A stretch of 23,027 nt of DNA. It comes from Armatimonadota bacterium (GTDB lineage: Bacteria; Armatimonadota; Zipacnadia; Zipacnadales; UBA5352). The stretch spans positions 1 to 23,027 of the forward strand of contig JAYENL010000257.1 in NCBI GenBank assembly GCA_034722055.1, written 5' to 3'. The position numbers and the translations under genes are program-made. This document shows, piece by piece, positions 7,672-15,599 of this stretch. The notes under the pieces are model-generated. The model did no database searches, had not been told where the DNA came from, and saw only the letters and a program-made list of their open reading frames with translations. Within the stretch, counting starts at the first letter, position 1. Each line of letters begins with the position of its first letter.

Positions 7672-8370
7672 TTATCCCGTCTGTCGGCTGGTCACCTCCC
7701 GCCAGGCCCTCGCCAGCTCGCCCAGGAGCATGGGGCACTTCCGGCCGGGCTCGCGCTCCACGCCGCTGGAGAGGTCGGCCCCCGCGGCGCCCGTGGTCTC
7801 AAGCGCCTCCGCGATGTTCCGGGGGGTGAGCCCGCCCGCGAGGATCACCGGCGCTTCGCAGCGCTGCACGATGGCCGCCGCAGCCTCCCAGTCACAGGTC
7901 CGCCCGGAGCCGCCGGCGCCATGCGCGGTGCGGGTGTCGAGCACGATCGCCACCGCCCCGGCGTCCAGTGCGGCTTCGATCTCCCCCACCGCCCGCTCGA
8001 CCGCGGCGTCGCGGTCCTCGGCCTCCTCTGCCAGTCCGATCGGCCGCCACAACTCCGCAGCCTCGCCCACGGCCTCGGCAACCCCACGAACGTAGGCCGC
8101 ATCCCCACCGTGAAGCTGCGCGGCAGCGGCGCCCGTGGCCTCGACGAGCCGCGCGATCTCATCGGGGGCAAGGTCCTCCACGACCACCACCGGGCGCACG
8201 CGGCAGGCTCGGGCCAGCAGCCTCGCCTGCTGGCGGGCCAAGCGCCGCGGCGAGCGCTCGATCTCCACGATAAGGCCGCAGAAGTCGGCGCCGGCGGCCT
8301 CGGCCCCGCGCATATCCGCGACGCGTGTCAGGCCGCAGACCTTCAGGAACGGTCTGTTGCTGTCAGGCAC
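7672..8370 (-). CDS. trpF: Phosphoribosylanthranilate isomerase
   Basis: KVCGLT (catalytic Cys), SPRR, QLHG, VLDT (catalytic Asp), GGSGRTCDW, ILAGGLTPRNI, DLSSGVE. Confidence 0.88.
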   Translation of the reverse strand: MPDSNRPFLKVCGLTRVADMRGAEAAGADFCGLIVEIERSPRRLARQQARLLARACRVRPVVVVEDLAPDEIARLVEATGAAAAQLHGGDAAYVRGVAEAVGEAAELWRPIGLAEEAEDRDAAVERAVGEIEAALDAGAVAIVLDTRTAHGAGGSGRTCDWEAAAAIVQRCEAPVILAGGLTPRNIAEALETTGAAGADLSSGVEREPGRKCPMLLGELARAWREVTSRQTG

Positions 8371-8383
8371 GGTCTCGCCTCCG

Positions 8384-10420
8384 CTATGGACGGATCTCCA
8401 CGGCCGTCAGTGAGTGCTTCGGCAGCGTGATCGACCACCGTCCGGCGTCCCGCTCGACCGGGTTCTGCACCAGCTCCACGGGCGTCTCGCCGGCGGAGTT
8501 GTGCGACCACGGCTGGGGCCCGACCAGCGACCAGGCCTCCGCCGCTGATGCCGCTAATGCCTCGATGGCGATGGACGCCGACACGGGCTCGTCCAGGTTC
8601 GTGTTGACGATCATCAGCGTCACGGAGCCGTCGGCGCGCTTGGCGGCGTTGACGGAGACGTCAGGGACCGCTCCGGCGTTCCAGGGCTGAAAGCGCTGGA
8701 GGCTGACCAGGCGGAACTGCGCAGTGCCGCTGACCGGGTCATCGCCGCCATCATGGCCCAGGCGCCGGGCCATGAGAGTGATTCCCTCGGCGTCCGGGAG
8801 TGTCATGTACTCGATCGTGACGGGCGTCCAGTCCGTGTCGCCCGTCACACTGCCACCCACCGATGCCGACTGCGTCTCCTCCCACCCTCGGGCGTCGCCC
8901 ACCTGGAAGCCGGCTCCCTGGCCGGTCTGCAGCCCCATGGCCCGTAGCTCGCCCACCAGGCGGTAGCCCGTGCTGGGCTCGGCGGGCAGCGTCAGGCTGC
9001 CGTGGAAGTAGTTGGTGTCCGGGCCCTGGAAGTCAACGATGAGCGTCTGCCCCTCGACGGTCTGCTCCGCGACCGGATTATGCGCAAGCTCCCACTGGTA
9101 GTCCTCGGGAAGCAGGTTCTCGTCGAGGATCTTGAATTCGCTGGGCTCGCCGGAGCGAGGGCGCACCCACCCGCCACCGGAGAAGTCCCATGAGCCGCAC
9201 TCCACGTCCGCCTCCACCAACGTGTCGCCGAAATGCTGGTGGTAGAGCTGATACACGTAGTAGTTGGCCTGCTTGACCGGCTGCTCTGCCTTGTGGACGT
9301 AGCCCCGGACCATGCCCCAGTACTCGTTGGCGTACTCCCAGAAGTTGGCCATGGCGATCCCGTGCCGAGGCTGGAGCATCACGCGCAGATGCTCGGCGTT
9401 GCGCAGGGCGTTGCACAGCGACTGCCGGAAGGGCGGCGACTGCTCCTGGCCCACAAAGTGGCCGTTGTACTCGGTGATGGCCCAGGGCAGGTCTTCGCGC
9501 CCGGTGATCTCCTCGACGAGTCGGTTCATCTCGTCATACCGGCGCGCGGCCTGCGGGGGGAAGGCCACGCACGCCTCCATCAGACTGCGGTAGTTCTCCG
9601 GCTCGGTGTCGCCGTGGAAGCCGGGGAGGTAGGTGTGCAGGATGCCGAAGTCCATCACGTCCCCGGCGGTCTCCAGCACGGCGCGGTTCCACTCGTCGCG
9701 CCCGTGCAGCAGCACGGCGCCAAGCTTGATGGTGGGGTCCACGGCGCGCATGGCGGCCCGGTACTGCCGGAACAGCCGGGCGTACTGCTCTCCGGAATAG
9801 ACGCGCTTGTGCTCCCGGCCCTCGGTCGGCTCGTGCTCGCCGTGGTAGGACTCGTTGCCGTACTCGAACCAGGTGACGCCGTAGGGCTCGGGGTGGCCGT
9901 CGCCGGCGCGCACGGCGGCCCAGTCCTGGCCGGCGTTGGGATTCGAGCCATCGTTGGGAGCGTTGAGATACTCCACCAGGTCCGCTCCATCCTCCGCCGT
10001 GCCCCAGTAGACCGCGACTGTGAGGATCGGAACCGCGTCGATGGCCTCGCACAGCGCCATGAACTCCGGCAGGCCGAACTGCTGGTCGGGCCGCTCCTCC
10101 AGCGGGCCGACGGTGTTCTTCCAGTTGTAGTTGTGGGTGGCGCAGCCGCCCGGCCAGCGGGCGGCGCTGATCCCGGCCTCTCGCGCAAGCTGGGCGTACT
10201 CCGGCTGTGGGCGGCGGTGCTCGGGATCCCAGACGCCCGCCCCGCGGTTGCCGTACTCGTCGGTGCGCCCCTGGTAGGCCAGGAAGTTGTTGCCGAAGAT
10301 GAGGCGATTGACCGGTCCGATCTCATCTGTGGGGCGCACGACGATGCGCGCGGGCTCAGCGGCGAGGCAGATGGGCGCCATGAGAAGCGTCGCGGCAGAG
10401 GCCACCATTGCCAGTCGCAT
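8384..10420 (-). CDS. Secreted GH51-like glycoside hydrolase (alpha-L-arabinofuranosidase-like) with an internal carbohydrate-binding-like module
   Basis: N-terminal signal peptide, RWPGGC..HNYNWK, FGLPEFM, EYGNE (acid/base), ITEYN (nucleophile), C-terminal LPKHSLTAVEI. Confidence 0.8.
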   Translation of the reverse strand: MRLAMVASAATLLMAPICLAAEPARIVVRPTDEIGPVNRLIFGNNFLAYQGRTDEYGNRGAGVWDPEHRRPQPEYAQLAREAGISAARWPGGCATHNYNWKNTVGPLEERPDQQFGLPEFMALCEAIDAVPILTVAVYWGTAEDGADLVEYLNAPNDGSNPNAGQDWAAVRAGDGHPEPYGVTWFEYGNESYHGEHEPTEGREHKRVYSGEQYARLFRQYRAAMRAVDPTIKLGAVLLHGRDEWNRAVLETAGDVMDFGILHTYLPGFHGDTEPENYRSLMEACVAFPPQAARRYDEMNRLVEEITGREDLPWAITEYNGHFVGQEQSPPFRQSLCNALRNAEHLRVMLQPRHGIAMANFWEYANEYWGMVRGYVHKAEQPVKQANYYVYQLYHQHFGDTLVEADVECGSWDFSGGGWVRPRSGEPSEFKILDENLLPEDYQWELAHNPVAEQTVEGQTLIVDFQGPDTNYFHGSLTLPAEPSTGYRLVGELRAMGLQTGQGAGFQVGDARGWEETQSASVGGSVTGDTDWTPVTIEYMTLPDAEGITLMARRLGHDGGDDPVSGTAQFRLVSLQRFQPWNAGAVPDVSVNAAKRADGSVTLMIVNTNLDEPVSASIAIEALAASAAEAWSLVGPQPWSHNSAGETPVELVQNPVERDAGRWSITLPKHSLTAVEIRP

Positions 10421-10460
10421 TCAGATGCCTCCCGGTGAGAGCAAGGCGGGCGCGGGCTGA

Positions 10461-10492
10461 CGTGTGTCTCGTTGTGGTGATGGAGACACGCG
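10461..10492. other. Intergenic hairpin between the aminotransferase and glycosidase genes
   Basis: CGTGTGTCTC-N12-GAGACACGCG; no U-tract. Confidence 0.35.
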
Positions 10493-10533
10493 CATCGTGC
10501 TTCAGAACGGGCGCGGACGTCCCCAAGCCGCCC

Positions 10534-11859
10534 CTATCCTCCGCCCTTCATCTCCTCGACGGTCTCGATGACCAGGTCGGCCATCAGCTCCACCTGCTGG
10601 TCGGTCAGGGGATACAGCGGCAGGTGCGTGAAGCGGTGCCAGAAGACGTCCTCAGCGTTGGGGCAGCTCTGGGCGATGGCCTCAGTGTCGTAGCCGAGCT
10701 GCTTGAAGAGAGTGAAGTGGTACAGGGGCGCGAAGTGCGGAATGTTGGTGACGCCCTTCTCGGTGAGGCGCTGCTTGAGCTGGCGGATGTCGCCGCCCAG
10801 CACCTCGGGCTCGACCTGCAGCAGGTAGAGGTGATAGGTGCTCTTGATCTCGTCGGTGTCCAGCGGCGCGGGCACCAGGCCCTCCACCGGCTCGAAACGC
10901 TCGTGGAGGTACTCCGCCCGCTCGCGGCGGATGCGGATGATCTCCTCCAGCCGCTGCATCTGCCCCAGCAGGCAGGCGGCCTGGATCTCGGTGGAGGAGT
11001 GGTTACCGGCCACCTGTGGATCGCCCTTGGTGGGCAGCGCGACGACGTCGTAGAGCCAGTTCTCGATCTGCTGGCTCATATCCACGCCACAGAAGCGGGC
11101 CTGGTTGAAGTACTCGCCGAACTGTGTGTCGGTGCAGACGATGCCGCCCTCGCCGAAGGCGTTGATGTTCTTAACCTCGTGGAAGCTGAAGGAGCCGAAG
11201 TGGCCGATGGTGCCGATCATGCGCCCCTTGTACTGGCCGCCGAAGGCGTGGGCGGCGTCCTCGATCACGACGATGTCGTGCTCCTCGGCGATCTCCATGA
11301 TGGGCTCCATGTCCACCGGGTAGCCGCCGATGTGCACCGGCATGATGACCTTGGTGCGGTCCGTGACCTTCCGGGCCACGTCATCGGGGTCCATGTTCAC
11401 CGTCCGCGGATCGATGTCGGCGAAGACGCACCTGGCCCCCACCAGCGGGGGATAGATGCCGGTGGAGATGAAGGTGATCGCGGGCAGGATGACCTCGTCG
11501 CCGGGCCCCAGATCGGCGAACTGATGGCCGATCTGGAAGCCCGCCGTGGCGTTGGTTACGAAGCAGGCGTACTTGCAGCCCAGGAACTCGGCAACCTGGT
11601 CCTCGAGCCGGTTCACGGTGTCCCCGAGGCTCAACTTGGCGACCGGCCGCCCGCACGCGCACAACTCCTGCAGCGCCTCCTCCACCCGCTGCATCGCCCC
11701 GGAGAAGGCCTCTTCGTCCTCGTGGGGCTTGATCAGCAGCCTGACAAGTCCCATCAGGTCCTCATGCCAGACGTGCTCCCCGATGGCGGCCCACGGGACC
11801 TGCGCGTCGCCCGTCGCATATCGGAAGTCGCTCTTCTTCTCCTCACTCTCGCCAGGCAT
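10534..11859 (-). CDS. DegT/DnrJ/EryC1/StrS family PLP-dependent aminotransferase
   Basis: TNATAG, GPGDEVILPAITFIST, IMPVHIGG, EDAAHAFG, SFHEVKNINAFGEGG; AGGAGG RBS upstream. Confidence 0.93.
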   Translation of the reverse strand: MPGESEEKKSDFRYATGDAQVPWAAIGEHVWHEDLMGLVRLLIKPHEDEEAFSGAMQRVEEALQELCACGRPVAKLSLGDTVNRLEDQVAEFLGCKYACFVTNATAGFQIGHQFADLGPGDEVILPAITFISTGIYPPLVGARCVFADIDPRTVNMDPDDVARKVTDRTKVIMPVHIGGYPVDMEPIMEIAEEHDIVVIEDAAHAFGGQYKGRMIGTIGHFGSFSFHEVKNINAFGEGGIVCTDTQFGEYFNQARFCGVDMSQQIENWLYDVVALPTKGDPQVAGNHSSTEIQAACLLGQMQRLEEIIRIRRERAEYLHERFEPVEGLVPAPLDTDEIKSTYHLYLLQVEPEVLGGDIRQLKQRLTEKGVTNIPHFAPLYHFTLFKQLGYDTEAIAQSCPNAEDVFWHRFTHLPLYPLTDQQVELMADLVIETVEEMKGGG

Positions 11860-11969
11860 GTCGATTCCTCCTGTCGCTCAACGTCAGCAGTGGCTGTCCC
11901 ATGCTCAGCCTCACGACGTGTGCCGAATGAGGCCTTTGGCGACCGCGCTGACTGAGGCCACCGCGCGCT

Positions 11970-12353
11970 TCACCATTCGTCATCCACGGTAGCGAGGATG
12001 CGCTCGATAACCAGAGCCAGCTCATCCAGCTCAAAGGGCTTGGTCTGGTACCAGGTGACTCCCAGCTCCCACCCCCGGGCCTTGTCGGCGTCCTCGGCGC
12101 GAGCGGTGAGCATCAGCACGGGGATGTCCGCCGTCTCGGGATCATCCTGAATCTCGCGAAGCACATCCCAGCCCGACAGACGCGGCATGGCAACGTCGAG
12201 GACGATGATATCGGGGCGCTGCTCCTTCAGTACCTGCAACGCCTCCTGCCCGTCGTAGGCCTCAATGACCTCATACCCCTGCTCCTCGAGGAAGAGCTTG
12301 GTGTAGAACACCAGGTCTCGCTCATCGTCCACGAGCAGTATCTGCTTGGCCAT
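11970..12353 (-). CDS. Single-domain response regulator (receiver only)
   Basis: ILLVDDE, PDIIVLDVAMP (phospho-Asp), MLTAR, KPF; 127 aa with no output domain. Confidence 0.93.
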   Translation of the reverse strand: MAKQILLVDDERDLVFYTKLFLEEQGYEVIEAYDGQEALQVLKEQRPDIIVLDVAMPRLSGWDVLREIQDDPETADIPVLMLTARAEDADKARGWELGVTWYQTKPFELDELALVIERILATVDDEW

Positions 12354-12389
12354 TCACGATCTCCTCGCATGCAGGATGTAGGCCCGGTC

Positions 12390-12632
12390 TCAGCCGTGCA
12401 TGGCGAAAACGGCTACCTGTTGTCGCTGGGTCCTAGCCTCGTTCACTCGAAGTTCTAGCTCGGCGGCGGTGTCATCGGAGTACCAGGCCTCACCGCATCG
12501 CTCACAGACGAGCGCCGGCACGTTCCTGACGACCACGACGCCAAAGCCGAGGTCGGTGACGAATGTGGTAGTCCCCTCGTGCACGCCGCCTCCACAGATT
12601 GGACAGCAGCTTGGGGGCCGTGCCTGGTTCAC
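12390..12632 (-). CDS. YgiT-type (MqsA N-terminal-like) zinc finger protein, putative antitoxin
   Basis: CPICGG...VVVVRNVPALVCERCGEAWYS; GTGA overlap with the upstream DUF4258 gene. Confidence 0.88.
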   Translation of the reverse strand: MNQARPPSCCPICGGGVHEGTTTFVTDLGFGVVVVRNVPALVCERCGEAWYSDDTAAELELRVNEARTQRQQVAVFAMHG

Positions 12633-12952
12633 CGGTGGCGCCTCCTCGTACGGTAGTCAGCCTCAAACCGCTCCAGGTCCGGTTCGTATGCAGTGATGAC
12701 GTATACTCGACACTCCTCCTCTGACAGAGCCGCGACTACGTGCAGCACACGTCCGCCGGGCTCTCCCACGAACAGCCCACTCGGGTAGGGCCAGTCTTCC
12801 GGGTAGCGCTCGATGACCTCCCCCGCCGTGAGCAGATCCTTCACGTCCTGCCGTGAGATGCCTCGTGTCATCATGCGGTCCAGCGCATGTCGGCGCCAGA
12901 AGACACGCCTATCCTCAACTGCGGCTCGCACCACGTCTGGATCGAGCGCCAA
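12629..12952 (-). CDS. DUF4258 domain protein, putative toxin
   Basis: HALDRMMTRGIS, GEVIERYPED.PYPS.L, LHVV, VITAYEPD...F..DYRTRR; TTG start behind GAGGTGAGG. Confidence 0.87.
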   Translation of the reverse strand: MALDPDVVRAAVEDRRVFWRRHALDRMMTRGISRQDVKDLLTAGEVIERYPEDWPYPSGLFVGEPGGRVLHVVAALSEEECRVYVITAYEPDLERFEADYRTRRRHR

Positions 12953-12988
12953 GTGACCTCACCTCGAGTGGCACGGGACTCGTGGCGG

Positions 12989-13900
12989 TCACCGCATGGG
13001 TGGCGTGCGTGCCCTCCGCTTAAGCTTCGCGAGATGCAGGAATACACCCTCCAGCCGCCCGGCGTCGTCAGGGCGTGCCTTCGTAAACACGGCCGTGACC
13101 GCAAGCTCGTGGCCGCCCTCCAGCCCTTCGAGTCGGCCGGCGAACTCCGTTGTGCAGGCCTCCGCGATCGCCTCGGTCACCTCAGGGCGCGCTACCACGG
13201 AGAAGTCGTCGCCGCCGATGTGCGCCACGAATGTGCCGTCATGCTCCGCCGCGGCCTCTCGCACGGCGTCGGCAAGGGCCGCGATGGCGGCATCCCCATG
13301 CACATGCCCGTACCGGTCGTTATACCCCTTGAAGTCATCGATGTCCACCAGCACGAGGCCCAGTGTCTCGCCATCGCGCAGCCTTCGCTGCAGGTGCCGG
13401 CACAGCCCGCGGTTGCCGGGCAGGCCGGTCAGCGGGTTGCGGTCGCGCTCGAGCTCGGCCCTGCGCATCAGCGCCGCCAGCTCCGCCACAAGTTCCTCGT
13501 TGTCAATGTCGGGCCCGACGACGAGGTCGGCTCCGGTCTCCAGATGCTGGAGACGCCTCCGGCGCGCCGCGCCCTGGACCACCCACAGCGGCCTGAGGTC
13601 TGACGCCCACCGCCGCTGCAGGGCCCCCCGCAGCTTTTCGGTCGCGGCGTCGATCGTCTCCTGCCGCACCACTGCCACATCGGCGTCCGCTTCGAGGGCG
13701 TCAGTGAGGTCCTGAGTGATGACGGTCTCACTGGCGAAGCCCTGGAGGGCCTCCCTCAGAGACTCAGCCCAAAACCGGTCGCCACACAGGAGCACCCGCG
13801 GCCCTCCCTGGCCCTGATGTGACGTCTCCAGTTCCGGCCGCCCGGCGTATCCAGTCCGCGCGCGCTCCCTCTTTTCGTCATGCCCCGGGCTCTTTGACAT
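12989..13900 (-). CDS. GGDEF domain protein (GGDDF variant) with a degenerate N-terminal receiver-like domain
   Basis: NPLTGLPGN, DIDDFKGYNDRYGHVHGD, HIGGDDF; N-terminal half ends LETGADLVV...EELVAELAALMRR like a REC domain. The start codon is uncertain. Confidence 0.85.
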   Translation of the reverse strand: MSKSPGHDEKRERARTGYAGRPELETSHQGQGGPRVLLCGDRFWAESLREALQGFASETVITQDLTDALEADADVAVVRQETIDAATEKLRGALQRRWASDLRPLWVVQGAARRRRLQHLETGADLVVGPDIDNEELVAELAALMRRAELERDRNPLTGLPGNRGLCRHLQRRLRDGETLGLVLVDIDDFKGYNDRYGHVHGDAAIAALADAVREAAAEHDGTFVAHIGGDDFSVVARPEVTEAIAEACTTEFAGRLEGLEGGHELAVTAVFTKARPDDAGRLEGVFLHLAKLKRRARTPPMR

Positions 13901-13922
13901 CTCTCCCGCCGCGCGATACTAT
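13894..13922 (+). promoter_or_regulatory. Sigma70-type promoter for the FUN14 gene
   Basis: TTGACA (13894-13899), 17-nt spacer, TACTAT (13917-13922). Confidence 0.7.
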
Positions 13923-13954
13923 CCTGACATCATCGTCGCGAGGAACCTGCTGCC

Positions 13955-14263
13955 ATGGTCTCTCTGCCTGCTATCGTCAGCACGCTGGGCGTCGGCGGCC
14001 TGCTGGGCTACGGGGCCGGCGTCGCCGTGAAATCAGTCACCCGCCTCGTGGGATGCCTGATCGGCGTGCTGTTCATCCTCATGCAGGTGCTGGCCTACTA
14101 CGGGCTGGCGGAGTGGCACTGGGACAGGATTGCTGAGCTGGTCACCGGTCCCGCGGCCTCCGCCGCCCAGGTCGCCAGCGCCAAGCTCTGGAAGATTCTG
14201 ACATATAACTTGCCCTTCACGGGCGGCTTTGCGGCCGGCTTCTACATGGCGATGCGTCGCTGA
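13955..14263 (+). CDS. FUN14 family membrane protein
   Basis: LGVGGLLGYGAGVAVK...IGVLFILMQVLAYYG...WD...NLPFTGGFAAGF pattern; GAGGA RBS. Confidence 0.85.
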   Translation: MVSLPAIVSTLGVGGLLGYGAGVAVKSVTRLVGCLIGVLFILMQVLAYYGLAEWHWDRIAELVTGPAASAAQVASAKLWKILTYNLPFTGGFAAGFYMAMRR

Positions 14264-14337
14264 GCGCAAAAGCCCCACTATCTCAAAGGGCGGCCTTTGG
14301 GCGCACGAGCCGGGCCGGTTCGCTGCGGTCAAGCCGC

Positions 14338-15381
14338 TCAGACCGCCACCTCCGCACCGTCCTCCGCCGACTGGTAGATGCCGTCGAGGATGCGCTGGGT
14401 GATGAGCGCCTGCTCCGGTGGCACGGGGGCCTGCCCGCCGCGGGTGATGGCCTGCACGAACTGCCGGATCTCCTCAGCGTGGCCGCCCAGGCCCCGCTCG
14501 CCGATAACCTCCGGCGTGCAGCTCAGCAACATCCCGTGCTCCTCCTTCACCAGCGTGAAGGGCCACATCTGCACCCCGCCCCTCGTGCCGTAGACCGCTA
14601 CCTGGTTCTGATTGCCCGGAGCGTTCAGGGCCCAGCTCGCGCCCAGGGAGACGGCGGCGCCATTCCCGAAGCGCACGAAGCCCACCGCCAGCTCCTCCGG
14701 CACCGTGTACTTCTTCGGGTCGTGCCTCATCAGCGACGGCTTGTTGGCGATCTCGAGCCAGGTCCCGGCGCTGACCGACACGGGCTCGGGGAAGCCCATG
14801 AGGTGCAGCGTCAGGTCCAGCACGTGCACGCCGATGTCGTAGCACGGCCCGCCGCCGGAGAGCTCGGCGGAGATGAATGCGCCCCACGCGGGCACGCCGC
14901 GCGCGCGCAGGTACTCGGCCCTTCCCCAGTAGGCCTCGCCGATGCCACCCTCGTCCACGAAGCGCTTGGCGGCCATGGCCTCATTGGAGAAGCGCATGTT
15001 CTGGACGACGCACAGCAGCTTCTGGGACTTGGTGCGGGCCGCGATCATCTCGCGAACCTCGTCGGCGGAGGTGGCCACCGGCTTCTCCACCAGCACGTGG
15101 CAGCCGGCCTCCAGCGCCGCCACCGTGGGGCCCTTGTGATAGGAGTTGGGGGTGCAGACACTGACGACGTCCAGGTCCTCCTTGTCCAGCATCTCCTCGT
15201 AGTCCGCGTAGACGTGCTGCTTGGCGATGTCCGCAACCTCGGCGCCCAGTGCGGCTGCCTTCTCGCTGATGTCGCACACCGCCACGATCTCGCAGTCGGG
15301 CTGCTGCATCCACCCCGGGATGTGCTGGTTGCGGCCGATCCCGCCGGTACCGACGATTCCCACGCGTAGGTTATCGCGCAT
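14338..15381 (-). CDS. Gfo/Idh/MocA family oxidoreductase
   Basis: VGIVGTGGIG, VSVCTPNSYH, HVLVEKP, SGGGPCYDIGVHVLD. Start placed at ATG 15381 behind AAGGAGG. Confidence 0.93.
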   Translation of the reverse strand: MRDNLRVGIVGTGGIGRNQHIPGWMQQPDCEIVAVCDISEKAAALGAEVADIAKQHVYADYEEMLDKEDLDVVSVCTPNSYHKGPTVAALEAGCHVLVEKPVATSADEVREMIAARTKSQKLLCVVQNMRFSNEAMAAKRFVDEGGIGEAYWGRAEYLRARGVPAWGAFISAELSGGGPCYDIGVHVLDLTLHLMGFPEPVSVSAGTWLEIANKPSLMRHDPKKYTVPEELAVGFVRFGNGAAVSLGASWALNAPGNQNQVAVYGTRGGVQMWPFTLVKEEHGMLLSCTPEVIGERGLGGHAEEIRQFVQAITRGGQAPVPPEQALITQRILDGIYQSAEDGAEVAV

Positions 15382-15599
15382 CGTAGGCCTCCTTACGCCT
15401 GCGCGCCAGACCAGGCGCGCCACATCAGTCTGTGCGTGCCACACATTGAAAGCTGGTCGCCTATTCTGCACGCACGCCTAAGTGACCTGCTCCGGCCCCA
15501 TTCCGAGTCCAACACTGGTCGGCGGCCGGAAGGTCAGAGCCCGCGGGTGGTCGAAGGCTTGCGCGCTTGGGGCATCACGCCATCTTCGGGAGAGCCGCC

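Noticed and set aside
3090..10536. Pyrrolysine or stop-codon read-through at the several TAG-ending genes
   Set aside because: Each protein is complete at its TAG, and where checked (URO-D) the downstream in-frame sequence is short and motif-free.
12989..13900. Hypr-type cGAMP-synthesising GGDEF
   Set aside because: It has GGDDF, but the specificity position is Asp (GHVHGD) rather than Ser/Thr, which predicts ordinary c-di-GMP specificity.
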